From contig NW_003526944.1 in assembly GCF_000181795.1 (NCBI RefSeq), positions 300,269 to 364,268 of the forward strand: 64,000 bases of DNA. The letters run 5' to 3'. Origin of the DNA: Trichinella spiralis. Lineage: Eukaryota. The position numbers and the translations under genes are program-made. Shown in pieces: positions 47,278-60,772 of the stretch; within the stretch, counting starts at the first letter, position 1; each line of letters opens with the position of its first letter. Below the pieces are notes generated by a model. That model was not told the origin of the DNA. It was given only the letters and a program-made list of their open reading frames with translations, and searched no databases.

Positions 47278-50200
47278 TTACAAGAAAGTCCAACTGATGG
47301 ACAGATGATGTGCTTCATCCGAGCTCGTGATCTTTTCCGGAACATTGTGAAAATACCAAATTTTCTTCAACGCCTCATATTTGTCTTCTCGCAACGTCAG
47401 CGGCTTGCCACGTCTATAGAACAAGTCATGCTCCCCAAATTTATCCCGGTATGGACCGTCCAACAGACAGCCCTGGAAACGATCGTACAGCATAATTACT
47501 TGACACGATCGGACGCTTGAAAGTGAAACAAAATTTCAAATAAATAATACAAATAAATAAGCAGAGATGAAAAAAAAATCATACTTCAAAAAAAGACCTG
47601 TACCACCTGAACATTTGAACGAGTGGAAACAGACGGCTCCGACGCTTTCTTCTCTTGTGATGCTATGGCGGCAACAATGACTTCGATAACACAATACCTC
47701 ACCACAGATAAGACAAAGTGCCGGTGACAAGCACCCACGTTTTAAAGATGGACAGCTAAAAGAATAATAAAATTCAAACATGATAATTGCTTATAATCAA
47801 TACAAAATGATGAAAATTAAAACTGACCAATCAATCATAATGTTACTCACTTGGCTTTGGAAACTTTAACTAACAGTTCCACATATGCTGCTGGTAGTTG
47901 AAACAACGACTGCGGTCGGATTGGTAAAGCGCACGCTTTTTCATGTTTCTGATTTTCGGGTCGACTATTTACGAATTTCTGTGCTAGCGTCTCACCGGAA
48001 AACCAACTGTTTAAAACAACAAACCATATGAAAAATAATTTTATGTAAAAACCAACAAAAAAAAAGTACAAAGCAAAGAGCAGTATAAAATCACCTTTCC
48101 ATCATTTTAGCATTGACAAGCTTCATCAAATCGACCATGTTTTCTGGAAGACCAAGATAACGGCACAATGGTTGGAAATCGTCCACATTGTAATCTAAAG
48201 GAATCGTAAATGGAAAAATCAATTAACAACATAGTTGTCATCATACTTCGTAATGCTTCGGGTGGAACAATGCGTGTCAAAGCGTTGAAAAACAATGCGG
48301 ATAAGCGCAAAAATTTGCGTACATATTCTTTAAATGTACAAAATCGTTTGAACAATTCAGCCTGCTCAAAGTTCGACAGTGGACTGTCCATTGAGGCAAT
48401 GTTGTAGAACATTTTGGACAGTTGAACATACGCATCGCATTCAAGATGGCAAATCGACTGCTTCTGTTCTGCAGTGATTTCTTCCAGTTGCGAACTGGGC
48501 AAATTACACGTACTCCACAACGCTTGAAGCAGATAACCAGTGAAAACCATCAAAAATGTCTGGTGTTCAAAATAGCCAAACGTCGGAATTGGACGCATAT
48601 CATGTACATCAGTGGGAAAACAAAACGCCGGAAATAGAATGACTTGAACCTAAAAAATCAAAGTAAAAATATGCTATCCAAAATTATTTCCAATTTAAAA
48701 TTTTCAAACTTACCAGAGATGTGAACAAATCAATATCAAGAATAGTAAAGGATTCGGATGGGGAGAACCAAGGTTGAAGAACTTCATTCAATGCTATTTT
48801 CATCTGAGGTGCAGGTGTAACCCATGCGTACAGCATCACAGAGTTGGTCAATGTGTACAATGTACAACACTAAGCATACAAATAAATAAATATACATATA
48901 TATAATATGAATCACAAAAGATTATTCACTTGTCGTTTAGAAAAAGCACCAAACAATGGTTTCCTTTCCAACTGCAATTCGTGCTCCAATGATCTCAACG
49001 TATAAGCGACTGTCGCTGCGACGATGAACAACGCATTCCTATCATTTCTGGGTTCCACCGGTCCTTGACATGACTGTAATGATAATAAAAACAAAACTAA
49101 TCAACTCACATAAAAATCTGTAAAATCTAAAAAAAGCTTGCTTCGTGCAATGCCATTGGAAAAAATTTCAATGTTTCTTCCACATTGTTCGCTTTCCAAG
49201 AAAACCTGAATTAATTAGATAATAATTTCAACAATGGCATAATTTAAAAATAAAAATGAAACAAACAAAGAACAACAACAATAATGATAACAATAATAAT
49301 TATTATTATACCATCTCAAACTCCAAACTGCAACAGTTCGCTCATCAGATGCGCTAACACCTTTTTCCAGCGCCACGCGCATCAAAGCTCCCTCTCTAAT
49401 GTTATTCAACAGTTCGTCACTAGCTAAAATAGAAGCAAACAATTCATATCTCGAATGCCGCATAAAAGTGTTTATAAAAATTTTTCTCTTCTTCTTACAT
49501 GCAATCGCTGTGCCATTAACAACAACATCATAGCCTTCTGCTTGAAAATAATCTTTCAAATTGATTTCATCATTGCTTATCTCGGTAAAGTGATAAACAC
49601 TGGACATAAAGTTGAACCATCTCAACTGAAGTTCTTTTCCAGAGAGCCATCTCAAAATAAACAAAATTCAAATAAATAAACAAATAAACAAAACTAATCT
49701 CACTTTTCCGAGGTTAACATTGTCATTGGAGATAACAATGGCAAAACACCGTTCGAAACTCTTTTACAAACGGAACAAAAAAATTCATTCCTCTTGGCTC
49801 GAAACAATGGATAACGGTCGCTGTTCGTACGATTTCGCAGCATCATTCTCAAGCATGCCCTTTTGGAGACAAAGAAAAATATTCAAATTCAGTAAAAGAA
49901 ATAAAAAAATGTCCCTCATCTTCATTCACTTACTCTTTGAAACAAGTGAAATGCAACGGATGTCCACATGCATTCGCGTACAAACCGTAATTCAATTCAA
50001 ACGGCACATACAACGGATATTTCCAATTGTACTTGTTTTCAACTTTTCGTTCGTAAACATTGCAAAAAATTCGTGATCTAAACAATAATTAAAAAACAAG
50101 CACAACCATATCCTCCGTCTCGTCAAATTATTGACAAAAATGCTTACAACTGCATGAACATAGGAAATACAACAGAATCACTCGAATCGGACAAGCTCGT

Positions 50201-53200
50201 CGTTTCCAGACAAACTACACACTGCGCAGTGCATGATTCCAAAATCTTCGTTTCACTTTGATCAGGGCCTATTGCTACTGGAAACTCTTCTTTGGACAAT
50301 TTTCTGAACAATTATTATTATTATAACAAACATCATATCAGATAATAATATATAATGCAAATTCAGTTCATTGAACATTCAGTTTTATCTTGAGTAAACA
50401 AAACTGAAAACCTACCTCAATTCAAAACTAACATCATCTTCTTCTATCGAATTCTTAGCATGCGCAACCAACATATCTTGGTTCTTCTGCAAAAGAAAAA
50501 AAAGAAAAGAAAAAGTCATGCATTATTTGCAATGAATGTCAATTATCTCTCCCAGAAAACAATATTAACAGTGAAAATGAAAAATATGCTAATATTCACA
50601 TCAACAAACTGATTAGATAAATTCTTCATAGTCAGCATGGCGTTTTGACGATGACGCATTGCATTTTTGTGACGCTGCTTTCTGCGTTCTTCTTCTTTCG
50701 TCACCTCGTCCGGCGAACTTTCATCAGGATACTGTTCTTCTATTAAAAATGCATATTCCTCATCCAAATGTTTTCCTTCTTTTTTAAACTTTTTCAACGC
50801 ATCCACTGCCTTGAATCTCTGAATAAACAATCATCAAAAATATTATTCAAAAAAACAAATTATATCATCACACTAACCGCAATGGCCCATTTGAGTAACA
50901 GATCAATCGAAGGTATGACATCGCCTACCAACTTTTCCATCATTTGCAATAAATTCATACCATCCATCGTGGTCGACAAAGCATTGTCGGTAAAATTGCT
51001 GCAATTTAAAAAATGTAAATTCTAATTTCATGCAAATATTTTAAAAAATACATTTGATTAGTAGAATCCACTTGTTCTCCTTCAGATGGAGGGCGATATT
51101 CTTGCCACTGACGAAATTCATCATTCAAAGCCATACCAATGAGAAAAATAGCGCGTTCCAACTGACCATCGCTGTGCAATGGCAACGACAACAATTTACG
51201 ACGCAATATCAACTGCAAAATCAGTATCATCGTATCTGATGCATATATGGACAACAAATTGACAAATGCTGGCTTAAATTTCGGTGCCATCGGCGGCGGA
51301 CAAGCTACAAGACAAAATAAGACACATGTGCAAAGACACAAAAAACACAATTATCAATTTGAAAAGAAAATCATTTCACCTTGCATATCCAAAGGTTGGT
51401 CTGTTCGAAGTGTTTGCTGATATTCGTATGAGTCAAAAGACATTTTCTTAGTGTAAAACCAATTGAACTTATTGTATTCCGGTAGCAATTCACTTTTCAG
51501 TGAAAATATACTCTCTCTGCTACTGGCTGATTCTCTGAAAAAGGAAAAACAATAGGTCACATCATAGAGCAAGTTCAATTCGTTCAATATGTTACTGGAA
51601 ATTGGCAACAGATGACAGGATATCTTCCAAAAAAGCATCTTCGGATCCATCTCTTCCCAAAAAATCATCAATTGCACTGAATGTTGCTGGCCGCTGGCAG
51701 AGCATTTGCACAACCAGTCGACGAAGTGCATCATCTTTCTTCACCTCTCCCACACCACGTGTCCAACGTTCGCCTACAAATAATAATCCCTTCGATACTA
51801 AAACAAGCAAACAAACAAACTGTGCATCTATTTGCTATCTTCTATATACCAAGTATCATGATAAACAATTGCAAATAATCTTCGGCAACCAATACTGTAT
51901 GCAAACGTTGTCGACCACTAGAAAACTGTGACATTTCATCCGCTTTACTCATTAACCTGTAAATATAAAAACAAATTTCGAAAATAAAATATATTCAATA
52001 TATCAAATTCATATCTTCACTTTGCCCAGTTGCACAAATCAAATTTCACCAGTGCTTGAATGAGCAGCTTATCTGCACTGTGCATTAACGATCCAGCAAC
52101 CTAAACCATTAAACCATCAATTTAGTCATACTTCTTCTCATTTTATTATTGTTTATTCACCTGCAACATCACCACATCCTTTTGAAACATTGAACTTCTG
52201 GTCACAGGATGAGTGTAATATTGATACTAAAAAATAATTTATTCAAACAAAAGTAACAGTGAAAAAAAAAATAAATAATGCAATTACGCTATAAGCAATA
52301 GGCCGGTGATTTCGAAACCACATGCCAGCGTTGTACTGCGCCACAGCAGAAAGAATACGCAAAGGGTACTCGTACCATTCGCAGGGTGGAGAATGAGAAA
52401 CCGGCAAAACCATCCATTCTTGTTTCGAAACATTATGCTCCATCAAAGCTGTAAATAATGCTGAAAAAGAACAGACAAGATGTAGATAAACAGCTTCCAA
52501 CTGGAAACATTTATACTGCGCTGCTTGCTTACTGCAAAGCATTCTCAAAGTAGGAATATGAAAAGAAACTGGATCTTTAGTTGAATCGTATGGAATACAT
52601 TCTTCAACTTTACCACCAACTAAAAATTGCACGACGTGCAGAAATTGCTCATTAAAAAAAACATTTTTTTTTCATCTAATTGCTACACTGCTCACTTTTA
52701 TAAGAAACTGCCGTGTCATTGCTGCGCAAATGAAAGAGAGACATTTGGAATCTAGTTTGTAAAAAGAATTCCGTGGCCAAACGTCTCTTAAGAAAAAATT
52801 AGCATCAGAAATAGATCAGAAATGCTCGTCTTACTGAACAGATTTCGCTCACGTTTGCAAAGGCCCACTTTGCGAAATATTTCATCGCGGGAGCCAAAGA
52901 TAAAAAAACTGTAAAACCACATTCCCACAACAATTCATAACGGGTTGATTCGTTAAGGATCCGTATCATTGCATCCATACCATCCATTCGTGCCAACAAT
53001 TCCAAAAAACCCCCGTAACCAATAGTTACTCCTTGTAATAATTCTTTGTCAAATTCATCCAACTGCGTTGGTAGACTGTTCAACAAATATCTGAAAGAAT
53101 AATTTTAAAAAATCACATTATCGTCAAATATAATGCACTTCCTTTTTTTTTATTTTACTTACCTAAAATCCTCAAACATGCTAACAACACGTTTAATATT

Positions 53201-55920
53201 TCCACGCTGTTCAGTATCCACAAACTTAAAAACTCTGTCATCTGAAATAAACACTAACAATACAGGCAAACAAATGCTCTAACTCTAGTCAACCTCTAAT
53301 CCAAGAACTGGTTAGTTTCACTGCCGTAGTGGCAACCACCTTCAACGCATTTTTCTTTCTAATTAGCATTCGAGCCTTCAAAGCAAAACAAACAAATTAG
53401 CATGCTTGAAACAAAGTTACAATTTTCGTTATATTAGCAGAAATTTACAATTGAAGGGGTAGTGAAAATTTGCACTGCTAGCGAAACTGCACAAACTGAA
53501 TGAGCATGATCGTCGTTGACGTAATTAAGATGCAAATCTTCATAAATCTACAAATATATGAAAATCAACAACAATAAGAAGTAAATTTCTTACAATCTCG
53601 TAATTATTATTACATTGATAAATTCACAAGCAAACGTCTGTCTATACGTTTCGTCTTTCGTCAATGTGCACATGATCAATTGTTGAACAGCAATGCGAGC
53701 ACCTAAAATAAAGAGAAAAATTATATCTCAAAAAAAAGCAAATAAATATTTTTTACCTTTCCAAAGTTTGCGCTCTTCGATAAGCATAGAGTTTGCAAAG
53801 CAATTCCGAAGAACCACGTCGGTCGGTGATTTTACGTTCAACAACGCTTGACAAAACAAGGACTCCAAAATGGCTACAAGAACAAAATAAACAAATAAAT
53901 AAATAAGTTACATTGAACACCAACTTAAACAACAATAAAATTACGAAATTGTGAGCACACGTCGCTGCCTAACCATTGCAACAGCTTAACAGCCATCATT
54001 TGATGCAATACGAGGCGTCCATCGGCAACACGAGAAATAAGTGGCCCAACAAATGAATTGATCTGATTTTCCTAAGCAAAAGCTTAAAATGATTCTGCAT
54101 TCCATTAGAACAATAAATCATAAATAATTAAATGGGAAATAATAAAAACACTCTTTATTTCATAAATTCTCACATAAATCATTTGTTTCCGGTAATCACA
54201 GCTATTCTGGCTACCGCAGAAAACAACACTGCAGCCATCACGGTCTATTCGTGCTGAAAGTAGTCTTGCACAAGTTGTGTCAATATCTAGAGCGGAACTC
54301 AATGTCGAAATCACATCCTCGTAAGAATGCACTTCATCGTTGAACATCACAATCGCATGTGGCACTTTTATCGAACTAAATAAAAAAAACAACTCCATTC
54401 CAACAACACATCGTGTACGCACAGATAATATAATTAAAAATAATTACTCGAGATAATAACTTGTGGGTAAGTCTAAAAACATCGCATGCTGTAAGACATC
54501 TCGAATGTACGACAGCATTGCATTTATCAACATCAGACAACGATTGGATCCTTCCTCAAGTAATACTTTCGAAGGTTCGAATGAAGCAACCGGTTTGTGG
54601 TTCAAACAGTAATAATTCGATTTCCACGCTTCTTTATCGCCGCAATCGCAAGTACCCGAACCTTCACTGGTACTCATCTAAAGATAACTAATAATGAAAA
54701 TGTAATAAATATTTTTTTAATTACTCACCGAATATCGATGATTCTTATGCTCAGAAGACTGAAAACAAGCATGACAAAAAATGCATGTTTGATCACATGC
54801 ACAGTCACTGAAACAGAAAACACTTGCCACATAAGTAATGGAATTTTGAGTGAATTTTAATTTACAGGCAACAGTAAGTAGGCTCGCCGCATATCAACTG
54901 TCGATTGCATTTGTTGCTTTCCGTAATGCATGGATAATGCAAATAAGCGGCATAAGCTTGAAAATCACGTCCATAACTTCCACAAAATATATTCGTAAGC
55001 AAATCAAAAACTCGCTTTTTCAACAACTAAAATGATAAATATTAATACTTTATACATAACACATCAATTTCAAATCGTACTAAACTGAACCAAATAATAA
55101 TATTATTAATCTATTTACATTCTTTCTCAACTAGATTTCCATTTCAAATACAACCTGCATTCTAAATACTGTAAATAGATTAAAAACGCAAAAATTGATT
55201 CATAAATAAAATTTTATCTCTTAACTACTTTTATTTAACTTCAACATAAATGAAAAAAAATTCAAACTTTCTAAAAAGTGCACTTATATGCCAAAGTCAC
55301 AAATACAAAAAACGCAAATTATAATTTTTAGTGTATAATTTTTAATAATAAACAAAACAATACAAAAACTAAGTTATGAATTTACGTATTTTCTGTTAAA
55401 CCTAAATTCATACACAAAAAAAAACAAAAATTCGTCGTCACGTTAAAGAAAAGTTCTTCCGGTTTCAAGATGGCCATGAATGCAGAATATTCATCTCTTT
55501 ATTACAATTAAGACATTTTAAATTAACAACTTATTTAAAAGCAAAGCAATTTTAAATTAACATCCTATTTAGAAGTAACTAACAGTTCAAAATAATTCAT
55601 CAAATATTACAGAATGATGCTAGAAAATGTTACAATTATTACATATGAACTTACAGTTTCATCAACTTCAGGTGTTTCTGGGTCCGCCGTCAGAGTAAAA
55701 ACTTTACTAGAAACTACAGAGAAGAAATAACACAACTTCGTCTTGAAATCAGGCATGTTTGCCATATTACATGATTCACGAATCATATCCTAAACAAAGA
55801 TGATTACAACTTAGCATCAGGAATAGCAATCTTCACCTCAACAAATAATTTGTCGTCTATTCCATCTTGGGTTACCCAAGGATACTGGAAAGAAGACATG
55901 TCTGGTAACTCTTTGGACAT
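47278..55920 (-). CDS. ubr-1: E3 ubiquitin ligase UBR1/UBR2 (N-recognin), roughly 35-40 exons
   Basis: UBR box ([34 protein letters not shown]...[13 protein letters not shown]), ClpS/N-domain ([15 protein letters not shown]), VSFHIP, AGMWFRN, RING-like Cys/His segment, and a C-terminal PALCLICG...[11 protein letters not shown]...RRGKPLTL. Confidence 0.94.
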
Positions 55921-56419
55921 TCAAAAACTGCCCAACGAATACTAAAAGCATCAAAATTGGAAATTAAAATTCCTTTGTAGAAATTAATGCTTAAGAAATA
56001 TAAAATCAAATTAAAAGAAACAGATGTGAAAAAAATGAATAAAAAGAAGATGTATATCTTTAGTTGAGAGAAAAAGCAATATTTGAAAACTGCTCGGATA
56101 CTGCATACAGATAGACGTCGAAACTACACTACATCATTGACGTATTTTGGTACATCAAACCTGAATTCTATTAACCTAATAATTTAAAAAATAATTTCAA
56201 AATTCATTTAATTCGTCAAGATTATACTTATAAAATTAAATAGTGAAAACTTTAAAATTTTAAAACTTCAAAATACGTCTGTTGATATGAATTAAAAAAC
56301 TTAATGTTCATTCACATTAAAACTTGAGCTATTTTATACTGTATAAAATTTCTAATTTTTATATTTTTTCTAATTATTTATAAATATTTATAGCAGCAAA
56401 TGTTTTTAAATACGAAAGC

Positions 56420-57616
56420 ATGAATGTTGAACATCCAGATAAAATCTGTGACGGCACCCTTGTTTTTCTGGATGTTGAAACTACGGGACTGGTGGGAAAA
56501 CAGCCGAGTATTACTGAAATAGCTGTTGTGGCCGTTGGTCGTAGACATTTCCTCACATTTTCAAATAATCCATCTGCATACACTAAATTACCCAGAGTGA
56601 TGAGCAAGCTTGTTAGTGTTATAAATCCTGCAAAATCTATTTCTCCAACGGCAAGTTTGATAACAGGTTTACACTCTTGCTTTGATATATGTTTCATTAT
56701 ATTAGTAGCTTCAAACTGCGCTTTCTTATGAAATGTGAATTTTTGTTTGTAACACATAATTTATACGACATTTTCAGGTTTAAATCCAGCTAATGTTGCA
56801 GCGCAGCCGACCTTTGCAGAATTTTATCAAACTTTGCACTCATTTTTATTAAATCTAATACAACCGGTAACATTGATAGCTCACAATGGTTTGCAGTTTG
56901 ATTTTCCAATTTTGAAAACTGAAATGGCTCGTTGCGGCAATCCAGACTTACCAGCAACTTTCTTTTGTTGTGATTCTTTAAAATTATTTCGTCTCATGGA
57001 CAACTTATTATTAGCAGATATGGAAAAGAAACGTGCATATTTTCGCACTTTTAACAATAACCAAAATGTATTGACTTCTGTTGCATTATTTTCCAGTCCA
57101 GTAAGTGCTTCGTCAGCAGCTTTTTCATCTTCAACATCAGAAGCTGTTGTGCAGAAGGATGATGATCTCGTTGATTTGCCGAAAAGCTCTGTCGAGATGT
57201 CATCAAGTTTAAATTGTAACTTGCAAGGGGGAATAATTCGGTATTCTTTTGCCGGTACTGAATCCTACAAATTGCATCACACCCTGATAGATAGCCGGTG
57301 GTATCCAAATGCTAGTAGAAAGTTGAATTTTGACTCCAATATTGAAAATGATCAATTATTTCCAAAGAAAGATAGTCCAAAAGCCAAAATTCGTCTGGAA
57401 GGCATATGCGGCGACAGTACATCTTTGTTTGCAACATTTCGTTATTCACTTAAAGATTTGTATCTTCGAATGTTTGGTGATAAACTGCAGATGGCTCATT
57501 GCGCTGAAAATGATTGCATTGCTTTATTGCGATGTGCTTTAATGTATGGGGAGGAATTTTTAAGTCAGTCATTGAACAATTCAATACCGTTTAATTCCAT
57601 TCCATATAATATTTAG
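56420..57616 (+). CDS. TREX1/TREX2-like 3'-5' exonuclease (DEDDh); exons 56420-56666, 56778-57616
   Basis: ExoI FLDVETTGL, TREX-typical LPRVMSKL, ExoII AHNGLQFDFPIL, ExoIII AHCAENDC. Confidence 0.9.
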
Positions 57617-57724
57617 ATCTCTGTTTTAGAATGTTTTAAAACAGTTTGTTTTATCTGATTTCACACAAACTGTCATGGTGAGGTTATTTAATATTGATTT
57701 TTACATGCTGATTGAATATTGTTT

Positions 57725-57782
57725 CCTTTCCAAAGTTTGCGTTCTTCGATAAGCATAGAGTTTGCAATTTACGTATTTTCTG
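57725..57782 (+). repeat. Chimeric local duplication of two UBR1-locus fragments (53756-53798 and 55379-55395)
   Basis: 42/43 identity to 53756-53798, followed by a 17/17 match to 55379-55395; the two matches overlap by AA. Confidence 0.85.
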
Positions 57783-57784
57783 AA

Positions 57785-57815
57785 TAGTATAGTATAGTAT
57801 AGTATAGTATAGTAT
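57785..57815. repeat. (TAGTA)n microsatellite
   Basis: About 6 units immediately after the duplication. Confidence 0.9.
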
Positions 57816-60772
57816 ATGTATATGTATAGTGATATTTTAATTATGATCTAGCAGACCACGCGATGATTCAAACTGGCAACTTAGTATTGTTTTTAATCTT
57901 CTAGTTATGCGTGGAAGTAGTTATTAAAAATTGATTGTTCTTGTGCTTTCAGCTTTCATTTATAAAGTAAATTTTTCATAAACATTTCAAAGTTTTAAAT
58001 TCGAAGCAAGTTTGCATCTTAAAAATTAGCTATAGATGAAAATGGAATGTTAGTAAGAGTACATTGTTATTTTTTAAAAAAATCATTTACTTTACAAATT
58101 AACAATACATTTCGATCTAGTGAAAAACAACGAAGAAATAAAATGAAGTTTCAGTATGAAGTCAATTTCAACGTTACGCTAGACCAATAATAGAATACCA
58201 TAATGCCAGTAATTATTTTCTATTGAAATTTTGGTAACAGTCATAATATAAACTACAAATTTAATGTATCATGTCTAGAAAACATTTCAAACCGTTGTTT
58301 GTCATTTTCAAATGACATTCAAGTTATTATTTATTGAATATAAAATTCTTAAAATTTACATTTCACCTTTTGAAATGTTTATGAATTTCACTCGTCTGTT
58401 ATTATTTGCTTATTTATTATTGTAAAATTTAAAATTTATGTGGAATTTTTTGTTATTATCAGTTAAAATGCTTTTACGACATTCGTAATGTATAAACAAG
58501 TTCGAATTTTCAATACATTTTCCAATGTAGTTATTCCAGTTTTGACAATGCAATTTGTAAATTTATAACGATCGAACTCTCAGAAACGGAATAATTACAT
58601 TTTATTTTTATCTATCTTTTCCTTATTAATTTCTTTTTTATTTTGAATTTTACTTAAAATTATTTTTTCCCTGCTGAAATATTTTACTGTTTCTTCTACA
58701 TTATACAAGATGTGCAAATTTAATCAATATCTTTCTATTTGAAAATGTATTGTCAAATACTGTATATAAAATTGAATTGATTTTGATGACATTTAAAACA
58801 AAAGTTTGTTTTGATTGTGAAAGTGAAAATAATAAATGTTGTTATTTGAAGTTTTCGTTTCATATAATAATGCAATAGTTTATCGATTGTTGTATTGTGC
58901 GATTGTGAAATTTGTTTTGATGTTGTTTCTCTTTTTGGAAAATAGTGAAAAATTTTGACATCTTTCAACTTTTCAAAGTAGTTTTCAGGACAACGATGTT
59001 ATGCACAAGATGCAGCACAAAGTAGCACTATTTCATTGACCTAAAAAGTCGGCCGTCGCTTCTGACTCAATAAATCTCCATACGATGAAAAAGTATATTA
59101 TTTACTTTTGACATCCTCCCACGCACACATGACACTGTTCAAATCTTGGACATGTTAATTTTGGGTCATTTCTGTGGGTTATTGAAAATTGAACAGAAAT
59201 AAATTCTAATTAAAAACTGTCGAAGCGTTGATTCGCATTCTAATGTAATAGCATTCTACAAATGATGCTGCTTATATAATTGGGCACATTTACCATTTCT
59301 ATTTCAGACACGTGATCTTTCTGTTTTGTCGCACATCGTCATATCAACAGACATGCTATTTTGCATTTTAATTATTCTTAAATTTATTGCGAAGATAAAT
59401 GATCGTTGTTGTTTATTTTCAAAAAAAAAGAATATCTGAAAAATGTCGACATTCGAAGTTTCAACTTTTTGATGTTCTGATAGTTGTTTTTGCTAATAAC
59501 GTCAAAAAATTATTTTTGCCCAAACTGATATTATGGTAGATTAGGGAAGCCTACTTTTATTTTGTATGGTAATTTAACAAATGATAAAAATTGTCGATCA
59601 TTTTAAATTTCCAAATTAATATTTTGAACAACAATGTTACATTTGCTTTGAACATTGCTAATTTTTCAAGCATGTGTTTGGTAATTAAAATTTAAATGAC
59701 TAATTCTTTTCTTCGAAAATTATATTCGTAGTAATTTTTTTGTTTCAAAAAAAAACTAGAAAATCTTATCGACATTTCATGGTACAAATTTTGCATTTGC
59801 ACAGTGACACAAATGATTCGTTTTGTCACATTTTAGTTTTTTTATCCTCAGGCTGCAGCAGCAGTTGTTGTGAAATTCGAGTTGTCGTAAAGTTTAAAAC
59901 TGAAAACCGGAGCATCCCAATGGTTCGGCGGAGAGATGGGGGGTGGGGGAGACAGTTTTCCATTTTTACCTACTATTTCCTGTTTCAGTTATTAATTATT
60001 TAAAGAAATTTGTTTACTTGAAGAATTGAAACCACAGTAGAATATTGATAATTTTCAATCGCAAGAAAAAAAAACATCTACATCATCAATCAATTGTAGA
60101 AAATAAAATCGTAAACATGATATAGTACACCTTACAATAATCTGATTTTTAAGTATTATTTTTAAGAATTTTGTAATTGTACAGTGATTTTTGTTGTTTT
60201 TTTTGATTATTTTAATTTTGTTGAACAGATTGCGAGATTGGATGATACTGTCGGTTTGTCGGGGTTGCGTGAGTGAGAGGTGCGTGCGGACGTCAGTCAA
60301 ATGGGCCATGAAAGCGTACCAAATTCAGCCGAGCAGATTTGTCATTGTCGACGGTTTCGAGAACGACACCTCGACCCAAATTGGGCTCCAAAATTTTTAA
60401 CCAAGCAATGCCGGCTTCAAGACCAGTCTTGGATCTTTTCGAGAACCAGCCGAGCCTGTCCGTGGACGTTGATGATCTTGGCAAATTGACGTGTGGGCGA
60501 AATGTTCACCGTCGCTGCTTGTTGGTTGATCGAGTTGTTTTTCTTGGTATAAGCGTAAATTACAATAAGGTTCAGGTCCGGTTTGTTCGAGTATGGCTTC
60601 ATGAAACCCGGCGGCGCAATGTTTCACATTTATTTTAAAGCAACGCTTGTCAACTGACAGCAGTGTCGGCTCGGCAGCCTGCAACTGTAGTTCCCAGAAA
60701 ACTGGTCCGCGTTGAGTTTGTATTTATTGAAGTTTAAAACGACCGCCACTGTTCGCCCCACTGTTGCCCAAC

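Noticed and set aside
55440..55500. Exon-like segment in a UBR1 intron
   Set aside because: It has in-frame stops, and the flanking exons already join in phase 0 without it.
24356..57616. Speedy, TONSL, UBR1 and TREX as a functional genome-maintenance cluster
   Set aside because: They are interspersed with unrelated housekeeping genes on mixed strands; there is no evidence beyond chance in a compact genome.
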